A stretch of 64,000 nucleotides of DNA. Origin: Lepidodermella squamata. Its lineage: Eukaryota; Animalia; Gastrotricha. Of the stretch, positions 33,590 through 47,680 are shown piece by piece. Numbering within the stretch: the stretch's first letter is position 1; every line of letters starts with the position of its first letter. The notes below the pieces were generated by a model. The model had not been told where the DNA came from. It was given only the letters and a program-made list of their open reading frames with translations, and made no database searches. The DNA lies in the NCBI GenBank assembly GCA_047495785.1, contig JBLDXI010000015.1, positions 2,728,001-2,792,000 of the forward strand. Direction: 5' to 3'. Both the position numbers and the translations under genes were made by a program.

Positions 33590-33860
33590 CAGTTCACAGT
33601 CGCTCGCGCTCAACATTTAAAATTATCTCTATAATGCGCGCTTCTACTAAACATAGCCGCATCGAAGCGCGCTCGAACCAGGCTTGCAGTTCGCAGTATT
33701 AGCGCGTGCGCATCTGCAACACAATGCGCTCACTGACCAATGAGCGCGCGCGCACATTATTAGGTGCGCGCGTTGACAAATGAGCGTGCGCGCACATTAT
33801 AGAGCGCGCGCAGCAGCCAATACGCGCGCACAACCATTATAAATACCTAAAAATGGGCCA
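33590..33860. repeat. Imperfect GCGCGC/CCAAT-rich tandem repeats (MULE-like subterminal sequence)
   Basis: Repeated AATGAGCG(C/T)GCGCGCACATTAT units, similar to 500-640 and 57200-57280. Confidence 0.55.
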
Positions 33861-34030
33861 ATCAGCTCTCTAGATGGGTGCCATCCCGGGTGCGCGCCAA
33901 TGCTGAGACCAGGATGAAGGCGCATCCCCCCCGGGACGACGTTTCGTCCTCACCCAGCTAGGGACGGGGTCTTGCCGAGACCAGGATGATCCCCACCATC
34001 CCCCCCTACTTTCTACACTGGCTATGGCAG

Positions 34031-36860
34031 TTTTTCAGATTTATTGTTTCAAGTCCATCCAACATTAAATATTAAGTTGCTCTCGGACCAGGGGCAGAGT
34101 CAGGTATTTCATCATATCATTATATCATCAAATTATCATACATCATTATGATTAATTTGTTTATCATTATATATTTTATTATTATTATTTTTTTGTTATA
34201 TTGACTCGTTTTGATTCTGGGTGACTGGTTTGCAGCTGGTTTGTTTGGGTGGTTCGCTTGGCTTGACGCTTTGTTCTGTTCGTAGGATTGCTCCGTTGTT
34301 CCGAGTCGAGTTCGGGTTTCGGGATTGGTCCTCAACACAAAATAAATTAAGCACGAGGGGAGGCTCAGGTTTACTCAATAAGATTTTTCCGAGACTGCAG
34401 GTGATGGGTGAGTTTCTCAGATGAAGGGCTCAGATGAAGGCTCAAGGCACGTAGGCACGTATGACGTAGGCTCAGGGCGAAGGCTCAGTCAAGGCTCTGC
34501 AAAAGGCGAAGCACAATTGTTTACTATTTCCAGGGCTCACCAGTTGGCTCGGTCAGGGCTCCAACCTGGCTCAGGCTCGCGGGCTCAGGGTGGAGGCTCA
34601 GTCAAGGCTCTGGGCTCAAAGGCTTAAAGGCTCAGTCAAGGCTCGCCAAAATGTCTGTCGTGTATAAAGCACAATAATTAGCCATAATAAGCAAACGTTA
34701 CTTGAATTTGAGGCCTCAGGGTTCTGGGCACGGACAGGCATTGGCTGACGCTGAATTAGACGAGGGCAGGGTATTCTCGGTAGGCTCGAGGGCTAAGGAT
34801 CTAAAGGCAAGGATGAGGTGCACAGCTGTAGAGTAGAAGTTTCTGGCAATGATTGCCGAACTTCAAATATCAACCAGTTAAAATTTTTGCGCCGAGGCAT
34901 AACTGGGATTAAATCGACCAAGTGCCGTATGCGCCATGCGGGAGAATGATCGTTCATGGTCTTATGGCCGAAGCTATCGAAAGATAGTGAAGCTTTGTTG
35001 TATTTAATGTAGTCGGCCATAACATCGCCAGCTGCCAGGCAGCGTTGGCCGTAGCGTTCCAGACGTTCGGTGAAGATGTCTTCAATTGAGGGCACATCAG
35101 CCAGAAATAAAGTGCCAAAGGAATCGGCGTCGTAAGGCAGATCGAGGGCAGCGCGAAGCCCGTTCTCCTGTATTTCAAATTTCAAATAGTCTGTTGATAG
35201 AAGACTTGGGTTGACAGGACCATGCTGGCGAGCCGTACGTGGCCAGGCTTTCGGCCATCGATTTATGAAACATGAGTCCTAGTCGCTGTGGCAAAATCTT
35301 ACGTGTCATGATGCCTCGTAGGTCGTAGGACCCCAGCTCTCGGACGGCACTTCGCGGAGATGCTGGATATGTGGGGCTCCCAGCTGAGTTGAGGGGTCAG
35401 CGTGACACCCAAGTACTTAATTGAGGGTGTTTGTTTTATTGTGTGCTTTCCGAGCTTGAGCGAAATCGAGGGCACTGAGTTATAATATCCAAAAAGCATG
35501 ACCTCGCATTTTTCGAGATTTAAGATCAGGCGCCATTGTTCGCACCAGCCGACCGCGACGTCTAGCTGTGCTTGAATTCGGCGGGTACAGTCGAGCAGCG
35601 ACTTGTCGTAAGCCCAGTTGAGGGCGTCGTCAGCATACGTTCCGTTCGCTACCTTCCGCTTGTCATCGTCGGGCTGCAGTCCCATCGGCTGCATATCCGC
35701 CGTGAAAAAGATGAATAACAGTGGGCTCAGCGGTGAGCCCTGAGGCACACCACTGCAGATCGGGTGTTGTTCGCTGAGCTCGTTGTCGACTTTGAGCTTG
35801 AAGCAACGGCCGCGCAAAAAGTCGGCCACCCAGCGGATTATAGGCTCGGGGACACCGGCTTCAATGAGCTTATTATGCAGGAGTCCATTGTGCCAGACAA
35901 TGTCGAAGGCACTCTTGAAGTCTAGGGCAGCTGCGACGAGCTTCCAATGTCTGGCCAGCGCTATGGCGACGTCGTTGACGAGCCTGAAGGTGGGGTCGGT
36001 GGCACTTCGACCTTGCCAAAAGCCGAACTGGTGTTGCGGCAGCAGGTTTTTGCTTACCAGGAAATCGAAGAGAACTTTTGTCACTAGCAGTTCTAGACAC
36101 TTGCCGAGTGCTGGCAGCAGGGCGACTGGTCTATAGGACTCAGGTAGCTATGGATCTTTGCCTTCTTTATACACTGGTGTGACAATCGCAATTTTCCACG
36201 ACTTGGGTACGTAGCCTGTGTTTAGACTGAGCTCGAAGAGCCGGCGCATGTGGCTAAGCAGACTATTTCCTCCGTTTTTTAGCAGAACGTTTGAGACTTC
36301 ATCGTGGCCGGGTGCCTTGAAGTTTTTCAATTTCTTGAGGAGTGTCTTCAGAGAAGACTTCGGTAAACGGACGTTTAGCGAGCCAGGTATAGCAGCCAAG
36401 GGGCTTGTCTTCTCGGAGCTCTCAACTCCTTCGTCTACTGTTGCCCAAAACTTTTGAGTTGCGGGGGAATCTGAGGTTTTGGCAGGCGCGGAAACAACTT
36501 TGGCGAAGGTTTTAGCTATCAGCTCAGCTTTTGCCTTGCTATCAATCACCGCCTTGCCTAGCGATGTCTTCAGACCTGGAATCGGCCGTCTGCGGTGTTT
36601 CTTGTTCAGCAATCTGGAGGCTGCGGACCATGCCGGTCTCGGGTTGTGGTTATTGAAGTTGTTTGCTATTGATTTGAGGCATCTTTCGCAGTCTTTACGA
36701 TTTTCCTCGCCGACAAGGTTTGCAATTTTCTTCCTGATCATGTTAAGTGCTGTTTTTACGTAAGAGCTGCTGGTTTCGCAATGCAGCTGTTGAAGTTCGT
36801 TGCGCTGCTGTAGTGCTGTTGCGATCGTCTTCGTTAGTTTCCAACCTTGGATTGCATTTG
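34031..36860 (-). mobile_element. 5'-truncated Jockey/I-like LINE, same family as 57348-62857
   Basis: KAPGHDEVSN, QHQFGF, LDFKSAFD.VWH, GVPQGSPLSP, YADD and IKYLGV. Stops and frameshifts. GAGCC-rich 3'UTR, AATAAA and a short A tail. Confidence 0.92.
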
Positions 36861-37786
36861 CCTTGCAGATTTAGAGCGAAACGTCAACTGTTGCGCAATT
36901 TTACAGCGAATCACCGGTGAATCATCGCAGCTTTTTCTGAAATTTTCACCCAATTTGCTCATTTTGAAGCAAATTTATGACACAGTCCGGACTGGGGTGC
37001 AGATTTTACCCCAAAATTATCGTTTTATCCCTCAAAAATCGACGAAAATAAATATATTACAGCTATTTTCGCACAAATTCGCGATTACTTTGAATATACT
37101 CTGAAATAGAGTGCGTTTTTGCATGTCTGCTTCTTTAGATCACCTCTTTTGAAGCAAACTTTTTCTAATTGAGAAGGTTTCGCCAAGTTGATCAAGGAAT
37201 AGCGTGGGATAAAGCGTGGAATAGCGTGGAATAGGCTGGAATAAATGTTTGCTCGTTTCGATCACAACCCTCATAATATTCTTTACTTCGGTGACATTCA
37301 AAAAATTAATTTTTGTTTTTCCATGGCTTTTTCGAGGGCCATAACCACGAAAATTGATTTTCAGGTGGCTTAAGTTGATGCAAACCCAGCCTAATAATGC
37401 TTTTATGTACCGTAATCCGGTACAATTTTGGGGGCGTATGTTGGAACCTTCCTTATGTTGGGTTAAGGTTTAAGGTTTAAGTTTTCCTCTCATTTCCAAA
37501 GCAACCATTGTTGCGTATTGGGACTCACCATTGTTCGCGTATATAAAATGGAGCAATAGAAGAAAATTCCTATGTTCGATTAAAAAACCCATGTACAAAA
37601 GAGAGAAAATTTGCAGGTTTTGAAGGTTTTATCCGCTAAACCTGGTTTAAACCAAGAATTTTGCAAACCATGTACGAGGAGGTTTACAAAAAAACGGGTA
37701 TTACGGCCCAACCGGAGGATGGCACGCCTTGTGGAGCCATTGCTCGATGGCGCGGTATTCAAAATTTCGAAAAGTTGAACATTATT

Positions 37787-37836
37787 ATATTATAATCATA
37801 GAGATCAGATTAATCTGATCTCTATGATTATAATAT
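37787..37836. repeat. Perfect 50-bp palindrome: 30-bp CATAGAG-TIR mini-element with an 8-bp ATTATAAT duplication
   Basis: ATTATAAT|CATAGAGATCAGATTAATCTGATCTCTATG|ATTATAAT. Confidence 0.75.
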
Positions 37837-40800
37837 TATTCGTTCAATAATATCTACATTTTCAGCTGCTATATTACTCGCACAATTCCTCGACGGTCCC
37901 GGCCATTTCGTTTGCGATCGGTCAACACGAAAGGTTTTCTGCGTTGAATTTATAGCAAAACAAGTATTAAGTATTCAATATTATAGTATCGCTAATTTCA
38001 TTTATAATCGGCGAACGCTCGGGTATACGCGTATTATTACTAATTTTTCCACGCTCAGGACCGTTGAAAGATTATTATTTTCAGGCATTGAATATTATAT
38101 ATTATACTGTCCCCAATCCGCCCCTACGCCAAATTATAAATCAACTAAATTGCCCAAGTTTATTTTGTTACGATTACGTCATTTGAGCTGAAGTGAGAAA
38201 TGAGGTCATAATCGTGTTGACATTTTTCAGAATTTTAGAGACATAAACAACAATTCGTAATCATAAATGGAAGCTATCAGGTGGATTTTCCTTGGGTTTT
38301 CAGCCGAGTTGATCGATAAGGCGAAAGCGCTGGATTTCGCCATGATGCAACGGTATTTACTAATATCGAACTGATTACGATTAGGTATACTGATTACCTT
38401 CAAGGCACATAATTAGTCGACTGGCTGCAGATTAGTTGCAGATTTCATGATTTTTCGCCATTTTGGGAATGCCCAACTTCATTTTTTGATGAAAGTAATG
38501 TAAAAAAATACAAAATTCAACAGAAGCTAAATTCACCTGAACAATAATAGTCAGGTATTGGCGATGGATTCTCCTTGTTACCCAGCTCAATGGCAAATTC
38601 AGAGATAATTTTTGCCAATTCCCATGAAAGTTCAAAAATACATCTCGTTTTGAGAACTAAAAATGACGAACTGAATTGGCATGGAGCAGCAACGCGGTTG
38701 CGCTGTCTCACTGTTACGTAACTATGGGTTGTCCCTTTTTTCCGGGAAATATTAGCCGCTTTTACACTACAAGGACATATGTATTTCTGACTGTTCATAG
38801 TAATTAAGTCCACACAATAGTATTACATGTTGCGCAATCGCCGCAAGCGATGAAAATGCCAAATTGAAATTTAATTTTTTGGAAATCCGAGTTTCAATTT
38901 GAAGGTTATTGTAATTTTTGAGGTAATTATTGAGGTGCTGAAGGAATATTGCGTAAGTATTGACGGTAAAAAATAATAAGATAATGGCGGTGAGAGATTT
39001 ATGTCATTTTTGTCACTAAAATATATTATCAGCTGTAGTGATCATGGCTTCTCTTATCGCTTCATGAGATTAGACTCAGCATTTGAAATGAATTTCTAGC
39101 ATTAATTGGCAGCTAAGCCAAATAAAAGATCCATTTCCTGCTCGAGAATTTGATTGGAATGTTTTTCTTATTTGATTACAATTTTGGCTTCGACGAATGC
39201 TCAGTTGAATTTATTATTTTTGGGTCTGAGGTTCCAAGCTGAACAAATTAAGGTGGATAACCCGCGGAGAAAATCGATTATTTGCGGCCGAACAAGCCCT
39301 TTATTAAGCTTCTAATTATTGTTTTAAAGTTTGAGAGCCGCAGCAATATTCTCGTGCCAACCTAACAGCCTAATTTGAAAAATTTCTTTGTTATTTTTCT
39401 CATTTTGGATGCATCAAGATGTATGCCCTGTTTATGGAAAATTTGATTACAGGCCTCAAAAACAGTAATTTTTGTCAATTGTTTCTATCAACGGTAGGTA
39501 TTTTCATTTTTCTTTCAAAATAACTGCAATTATTGGCAGTTATTTTCCCGAGGGATGGAGAAGCAATCAAAAGGCGGAGTGACCAATTTTCCCGAATTTT
39601 TTGCATCATTCTAAATAATTATAAAGAATTTTTGATACCTTCAAACCCGTAAAACCTGAAAGTTAAAAATCGAGAAAACTCGAGTTTGAGTATTGCGCAA
39701 TCAATTCTTCGTCTTAATTAATGACGCACATATTAATTATACTTCATACTTACGCTCTCGTGTAAAAGCGGCTATTTACTTATGAAAGGCATTTTAAAAT
39801 TATTTAAAATTCAAGCGTGGAGATTTGCCCAAGTTCTTATAATTAATGATCGTGGCCTCGTTGACATGGCTTCTCAGCAGTGTTTGCGGTGAGCAATAAT
39901 AATTCAGTCGGTTCATTGTTGACGGGCAATTTTTTCATCAAAATTCAAGGTTAGCTAATTTACAAAGAAAATTGTCCGCGGTCCTGATCGTCCAGCCATG
40001 CCTCCGGTAGGCTGTCGAGATTCTAAGCGCGTATAATTCCTGAATTCTGAATCATTTAATAACAATAACAATAAATTATTGGTTAGGTAACTGTGAAATC
40101 CCATCCAATTTTTTATCTAGCTATTTTTTCAAATCGACACCGCGGGAAAAAGCTGGAAAACTCAATTGTTCTCAATCGTTCCATAATATTCTATGATCTC
40201 ACTTGCTTCTTGCAGATGATACATTGAAAATCAAAAGGGGACGTTTTAACAATTGGAATTAGAAATTATATAGGACAACACTAGAAAAGTGTCCCGGAGT
40301 AATTGGATTTTTAGAAAGATCTCGGATCAAGTTTTAGCCTAACTTAGGAAAAGATGCGGAAAGTTTAAGCTAGATTCCAACATACCCCCCTTGAACACTC
40401 TCGTCCACGCAAACTACGATTTGCCCTGTACGCATTAAATAAGCTTTTTCCATGCGGTTTTCGATGTATCCTGATCGGGGTTGGGTCAAGGATCATCCCC
40501 GTATTTTCAAATCTTCGAAATTCGAAATTTAAAGAGTAATGGGTGGCAGTTCAATCGCTGACTGGAAAATCGATCTGGCATTGAAAATGAGCGTGAATTC
40601 CAAGTGCTAATAAGGTTGCAAAATTGCAAAGTGTTTTGTTCATTTCTGAAACTAGTTCAAAGACACCGTGACGCAACAATGGTGACTCAACTTGAAGGAA
40701 AAGTTCAGAAAAACCCGCAAATAAATACTCGATTACGCGCTTTAATAAATCGGAGTTTAATAAATCGGATGTGCTTTGTATGCACATCGCAAAACCCATG

Positions 40801-41037
40801 AAAATATCTAAGACTGTTTTAGCTCGCAAACATTAATTTTGCAATGGTCTCAAATATCCTAAAAAACGTCGAGAATTGCCGAAAGATTATTTTGGGTTTT
40901 TCACATATTTTAATTAAACACCAGGAAAACCCGTCTATATCTGAATGGATGGAAACGTTGCTTCATAAATCGGAGTTTATCAGCTTCGGTTTTTATTAAA
41001 AAGCCCAATTAAATTCAGAAATTCAGAAATTCAGAAG

Positions 41038-41390
41038 GCCATACGCTGCATTCATTGATTTCTCTAGCGCTTTCGACACGTTAAATCGGGTTTTATTGGC
41101 GAAAAAGCTTGATAAGAGAGGCACATCCCCGCTCTTTAAACGAATCATAAACGAGATGTATAGTGATAATTCGCTTATACTACGCTACAAAAATAAGCTC
41201 ATTAATAACAACATAATATACAATAATATTGGTGTGAGACAGGGCGACCCACTTTCCCCTCTACTTTTTTGCCTTTTTATTGACGATCTGCTACCAGAGC
41301 TCCTGGCCACCGCGCCAGGCCTCTCGCTATACACACTAACAGTAATTTGCCTACTATACGCAGATGACCTTGTTCCATTGGCGAAGAGCT
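41038..41390 (+). mobile_element. Reverse transcriptase fragment of a non-LTR retrotransposon
   Basis: YAAFIDFSSAFDTLNR, GVRQGDPLSPLLF and LLYADDL. Confidence 0.85.
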
Positions 41391-42842
41391 GCCTCGCCGG
41401 CGATATCGCGAGTACGATGAAGGCGTTGTGCTGAAAATACCGGCAGCAGAGCCGATATCACCTGCTGATTTTGTGCTAAAGCGAAGTGAAGTTAGTTTGA
41501 GAGAATGTTTAAGGAATTTTACCAAAATTAGTGTAATACCCGGGACGGTATGGATACCACACGGGTTCGACACGGGAATGAGTGGAAATAACAGTCAGGC
41601 AGAAATTATACAAACCTCATCATATTATTATTATGCACTGTTCTCGTATTTATACTGAGGCGCGCAGGCCGCTATTGGTTGGTATACGGACCAATCGCGC
41701 TCGACTTGCGTGTCGCGCGACCGCATAGCGATGAACGCGGTATTTGTCTTGCGATAAAACGTAAGAAAAAATTAAATCGATTTTAGTGGCATGTTATCAC
41801 GGTTGGACCATAGGGGCCAGAGTAATACCGTCATTTGGGGCAAAATGAACCTTTGGGGCTAATTGGCCAAAAATTGAGGTTTCCACATTTTTATCGATAG
41901 CTCAAAAACTACAAGGTAAACCCAGATGAAAGTGGCTGGGCCTATCATAGGCTGTTTAGGTCTAACTTAGCCCCAAAATTATAACCTAGGGCTAAGGTAG
42001 GGCTGCGATTGAAAATTAGCTCTAGAGTAGGCCTACGAAATTGGCAACTGAAATTTTAGGACTACAGTAGGTCTAAAATAGTGTTGGGACTAATTTAGGC
42101 CTGCAATTCCACATAAAAACCCGAGTTGCTTGTTACTGCAGGCCTGAACAATTTTCACATTGCAAACAACGCTCACATACGTCAAGCTATGCAAAATAAT
42201 GAAACTAATCAAGCTTGCACTGATTTTCATCGAACATTAGGTCAAATGCTAGGCTATTGGTGAGAAATTCTACTTACCCGGATTTCGGATATCGCTTTTT
42301 CGTTGAAATGATACTCGAGGACGTTACACGACATCGGAAAAAACGCGGCCAAGTCACCGAGCCAATAGGAGATCGAGACGCCAAAGCTAGGAAAAGAGCA
42401 ACCAGTCGCGCAAAACACGCAGAAAATAAACGAGAGAAATTTTGATTAAAAATCGAATGAATGATGTTGAAGCGTGAATAAAACAACAGCATTTCCAGCG
42501 ATATTTTTTCTACTTTATTAATTCTAAGATTTGTAAAATTTATAGGCACAAATTGTTCAAGTTTTTATACATCAATCACAAGTTTTCTCGTTACAATGAA
42601 CCAACAGGATAATTTGAGCGAGTTTGATGATCCTCGTCGGTTTCAAATAGGAAGAAATACGAAATAACCGGGCAAGTGTCGCATATGGCTCTAACGTAAA
42701 AAATTGGCACGATAATAACATTTGTACGATAAAAATTTTATGGAGGAAGTGAGCAAGCAATTTTTGAAGTAGTTTTTTCAACAAAGTCATTTCAAAAAGT
42801 TTGGCAGAGCGCGCAGTAGATGAGAAACATTTCCACAGATTT

Positions 42843-43795
42843 CTAATTTTCCACCTCGTCTTCACTGGCAGCATACCAGGCTTCGCCCTGCTCCCGCTTG
42901 TTCAGAACCTCCCAAAACGTCATGCTGGACTCACTGGTATGATAAGAGTACTCCTCGTCGATCGAGTCGAACAACTCGTCGTAGCTGGAGCCGCGCGATG
43001 TATCGTCGCTCTCCAGAGTGTCCTCAATCCAACCGCCGAACAAGCCCGGCTTTAGCACCTTTTTCTTTTGCTTTACCGGTGATATCTGCATGTATTTTAG
43101 AACAAACTATAACACAAATTTTCACAATTTGTTTATTCAAACCTCGCATTTCATCCCCGCTGAATCATTTGCATCATTTGCATCATTTCCAGAGGCGCCG
43201 ACCAGACGCTTCGGCGAGCTAGTCCAAGCAGGGTTCGACAGGAACGGGATGAGAGGCTGCTGTTCGGCTGCTGTTCGGAGATCGACGACTGCGTTTACGC
43301 TCTAAAAAGTTAATAATTCTTACAACTTATCAGATTTATTTCAGAAAATTACCGGTTCCTCGCTAGTATCGTCGGAGATTACTGTTGTTGAGTGCAATGT
43401 TGAGTGGGGCTGAAAAATAAAAAAATTTGAAAAATCGAACATTCAAATAAAAATTAAGGGCTACTTACGATTTCCATTTTTCCGTCATTTTGTCCGTCAT
43501 TCCAATACAACGAGTCGAGCATTGTCGGGAAAACTAGCGTTTCAGCAACCTGTTGACAATAACAATAAATAAATCATCAACACGTTCTATTTTCTCTTAC
43601 TGTAATATTTTCCGAATAATCGCTCGTGTTACTCTTCTTCGGGAGTGGCGACGAGGCTTCCGACTGGGCGGCAACTTGATCAAGGTGCCGTTTTTCGCAA
43701 ACCTGTAGAAAATAGCTCAACTTGAGAAAAATATTGCAAAAAAATCTGAATACCCTTGAATCATCAGGCGCAAAGAAGTTGCCATTAGATGCCAT
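42843..43795 (-). CDS. Small multi-exon gene for an acidic, low-complexity protein inside the CCCAG element
   Basis: ORFs 43577-43795 and 42843-43091 plus intervening GC-richer segments flanked by minus-strand splice signals. Confidence 0.35.
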
Positions 43796-44267
43796 TTATA
43801 TCAACAATTACTAATATTTTTGAATGCAAAAGTCATTATCATTGAGTCCAGCAAACAACATCGGAGGCTCATTGCCTTGTAAGCCGAACATTGTCGATAG
43901 AATTGCAACCCGCAAATTAAGTAGAGTGTAAAATCTAAAAAGAATACAAGAAAATACTTTAATTGATTTCGCGAAAATAAAGATTGTCAAAACGGTTGAT
44001 GAGACAGGTACCAGGTACAATTTTGAACAGGCACTAATTTGAGCACTTATTTTTCGCTTATTTTTCAGGAATTATTGTTGAAAATTGTAGAAACATTTTA
44101 TAAACATTTTTCAACATTTCAGTTTTTACAGGCAAAACGTCAAAGAGACTTTTCTAATAAAATCTTACAATAATTTTGAAAATTTGAACGAAACGACTAT
44201 AGAATTGATTTTTCTGATTATGAGACAACTTGTAAATGTCCGAAATTGTACCGAATTTAAGTAGATT

Positions 44268-44660
44268 TCAATTGATGTCACGGGCATCGACTAAATTCGG
44301 GTATTGAAAGATGAATTTGAACCCGCTCACACTGTAAAAATAGCAGAAGGAAACGCTATGTTGAAAAATGTTTATGAAATGGTCGCCACCTGAAGCGGTG
44401 ACTTTGTGAATAACGCCGCGATAAGGCTCAACTCTGAGCTCCGTTGCCCGCAGGTAGACGTTGTCAGCACGGTCGTGAACGGCGTATTTGACGAGGTAGA
44501 AACGACCGTCAACGTGGATGTAATCGCCTTTCTTGAAGACGAGAGAAAGATTGGGATCGACGCGTTGTCTCACCTTACACCACGTCTTCGGGTCGTCGTC
44601 GAAATCGATGCCAATACCTTCTTCAAGGGATTCTTTCTTCGCCGAGCATGTAAACCTGGC
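44268..44660 (-). pseudogene. Probable C-terminal fragment of the element's transposase
   Basis: Beta-rich KKGDYIHVDGRFYLVKYAV tail of the kind found at the end of animal EnSpm transposases. No catalytic core visible. Confidence 0.35.
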
Positions 44661-45173
44661 CATATGAGACGGAGAAAAAAAAGGAAAAGCGATGGCTAAA
44701 ATAATTTGGTCTAAATTCAACTGTAAAATTCACGTGTGACATCACAGCATACGAAACAGCGGAATTAACCTAAGCTATGGTTTGTTTGGTGTCATCTAAA
44801 GAGCAGCATTTCTGGGTATCATGCCTTTTGAGCTGGCTCGCCGCGACTTTGCTCCGATGCTTCGCCTAAAATAATGTGTTTTATTTTTTTCACATAAAAT
44901 TATATTTTTCATGAATTCGCAAATTAAATTTTAATATTAATGATTAAACAAAAATAAAATATGATTTTCGCGCCAAAATTTGTCAAGCGGCCGGCGTGCT
45001 CGTTGAGCAGCATGCTCGTGGTCGTTTCAGCTGAAGTTTCAAGTCCCCATCAAGATCCTGATACCCTGGTTTGTTACAGGAACACGGCGATATGTCCCTT
45101 TCTGGCCCATTCTTCCTTCCTTCTATCACACTCCATTATAACTTCAGAATTTTTAGCATTTCTTTCATTTCAG

Positions 45174-46769
45174 GTTTTTCCGGTAACTTTTTCGGTTTTA
45201 CTTGCTTCGATATGGACGAAAATGGTCCCTACGCTGTCTGGGAATACACCGAAAGCGACAGCTTCGGCTGCAGCTGGATCGGCTTCACATACAACATGGA
45301 TGGGAAAACTAAGCCGAAAATCAGTACGCTCAAGACGAAACAAGTTTATAAAGTCATGTGGGAAGATCAACTTTACTCAGCCAGATTGGTGAAGATAGGT
45401 TTGTTTCCTTCAGCTGTGATGTTACAAGCTAGCTTCATTCTTCCCTGCTAAACTTTCAACAGTCGATGATTTGGAAGTCGGATCACGCGAAGCTCAAAAG
45501 CTTGATGAAATTTATTATTCCGGCGTCACTGATAACAAGAAAAAATGTAATGGACTATCTGAACCGCCTCCGAAGCTGCTTCCTGCGCCTAAGACTGCCC
45601 CTGGAAAGTCTAAGCAATTGAATATCAAGAAGAATGACGCAAACGGAGTTGTTGTTGGGTAATTTTCAAGCCTCTTTAATTAGCCTTTCAAATTTTCTGT
45701 TGCAGCTTTGGTACACCAAAGCAGCCAACGCTGGCGTAAGTCGACTCCCACCATAGCTTTTTCGGACTTGAATGATTTTTTTTCCATAGAGCCCGATCCT
45801 TGAGCGGATCAGGTAGCCAACGCAAGCCGTTGTCCTCTGTCGCCTCTAATAGGTTTTTTATCCGTTTTTCGCTAAATTATTTCCAAGGTTTTTCGTGTAA
45901 AGCAACGATCAGGAACTCGAATTCTTTGCGGAAACTCCAAAAGCCGAGCCCACCAAAGCCGTGAAAGCCGAGCTCGCCAAAGCCGTGAAAGCCGAGCCCG
46001 CTGTCACCGAAACGCCCAGTGGAGCCCGAAAAAAGCCGGATGCTGCGGTTAAGTAAGTTTTGTTTCCTGTCTAATGGAGTCTCAAATGGCCTATTTTTTA
46101 TTCAGTTGGAAAAAGCTCAACGATATTATGGACAACGAGTCTTATGAATGGCCTGACAGCCTCAAAGAAGCGTTTGGACAGTTGCGCATCATTCTAGATT
46201 CGAAATTTACATTCAACAAGGACAAGGTATTTATTTATTCTCCATTTATTTTCTTCACTGTTTCTGCTTTATTAGATCATTATACAGGGGTACGAACTCG
46301 ATCGTAAAAGTTACAACCGACTTCACGCGAAGGCCGTGGATGATGAAGATGACGAAGCGATGTACGCACTCGGCTTGTTGCGGCTGATGTTTACGAAGAG
46401 CGAATATGTCGGCAAAACGCTTACTGGCCGGAAGCCTGGCGTCTCCAACTCGGGGCGAGCAACGGGCGATGAATACAAGCTCGACGAAGATCGGGTCGAT
46501 GCCATCTACGGTGAGAATTATTTGCAGATAATGTTCCGAGTAATAATTTTCCTCAATTTTCAGCTCAGGTTAGGTACATATTTCGAAAGAAATCTACCGA
46601 CGATTTGCCTCGAGTTAAAAAGGCCATTGGCGACTTTCTCGGTGCTCAGCGCCGCAAGGAAACCCCGAAAACTCCGATCGAACTGGATGGAAGCGAGGAA
46701 TCGCCGACGAAAAGTCCGCCAGCAAAGAAGCAGACACGAGCGCATGAATCGTCCAGCGATCAAGAATGA
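45174..46769 (+). CDS. Multi-exon BEN-domain protein inside the CCCAG element (5' end uncertain)
   Basis: YALGLLRLMFTKSEYVGKTLTGRKPG..KLDEDRVDAIY spliced (intron 46511-46563) to QVRYIF..VKKAIGDFL matches the BEN consensus. 24-bp KAEPTKAV repeats at ~45940-46000. Confidence 0.7.
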
Positions 46770-47449
46770 ACTTCATCAATTGTGATAACTTGAGAACTTT
46801 TGTGTTGAGAATATTGTGGAAATTATAGAAATATTGTTAACTTTCCTAGTCGATTATCTTTTTTTCACTTTCGCACACTTGCACGCTTAGACTGCACCAT
46901 TTTTCAAATTTTCGACGGGAAATGTAACAATTAAATTGTTCTATATGAAATTAGAGACGGCTTAAACTATAGACGGCTCCACACTATTAGATGACTCTCC
47001 ATGTAAATTCTCATTTTTCACTTGCACGCAAAGAAATTGCTCAAATATTATTTCAATTCTTCTTGAATTTCAATTTTTCTTGAATTGACGTGGAATTTTG
47101 TTTCGATACTTACCTTATTTTACCCTAGTCGTGTAATTGTGCCTTATTCGTATGTGCTTTTGCGAGTCGAATTAATATCTGACTTATCTCGTGCCATTCA
47201 ATATCAATTAATCAATAAATTACAATCGCAAGCATTTAATCTCTTTTAATACACGAACTGGCGTCATCCTTAGTTACTAGGGCTAATTTTTGCCAAAAAT
47301 TAGGCCTACAGGTATTCGGAGGCCTAACATAGGCCTTCATGGGCTAGGGTAGACTTAGCCCTAGATTCCCAAAATGAAGGCCTAACCTGGGCATGAATTC
47401 GGGAAATGCATTTTAGCCCCACTTTAGGCCTTGCAACTTTCATCTGGGT

Positions 47450-47680
47450 CGATGGATGGCATTATAGCTGTCAGCAGCTTCAATCCTTTAGACGTAGCTG
47501 AGCTGAAAAAACTTGGCCTTGCAATAAGGATATAACCGTGAACCTAGGATTTTTTCAACTCCCTGTATAAAATTAATCGCTTGAGCTTCTTCGTTTTGAT
47601 ATACTGTTTAACGTAATTGACTAAAACGGAATTCAGAGCTCTGAATCTTACTTTATTTCTGGCAATAGCTCCTAACACAA
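47450..47680 (+). pseudogene. Degenerate copy of the 3' end and 3'UTR of the gene at 15226-15750
   Basis: GATGGCATTA.AGCTGTCAG.AGCTT.AATCCTTT..ACGT.GCTGAGCTGAAAAAACTTGGCCTTG and CCTGTATAAAAT are shared. Internal deletion. Cut by the CCCAG element end. Confidence 0.8.

Larger units (their letters stand above)
41921..47448. mobile_element. 5.5-kb CCCAG-TIR (EnSpm/CACTA-like) element carrying several genes
   Basis: CCCAGATGAAAGT...ACTTTCATCTGGG, with AGGCCTA/GGGCTA subterminal repeats at both ends. No TSD seen. Confidence 0.7.

Noticed and set aside
33930-33970. Hammerhead ribozyme on the minus strand (GGACGAAACGTC plus a stem II)
   Set aside because: The CUGAnGA core is absent at the required position; at most a decayed remnant.
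40551-40980. Possible coding region
   Set aside because: Short ORFs on both strands, several stops and no recognisable motif.
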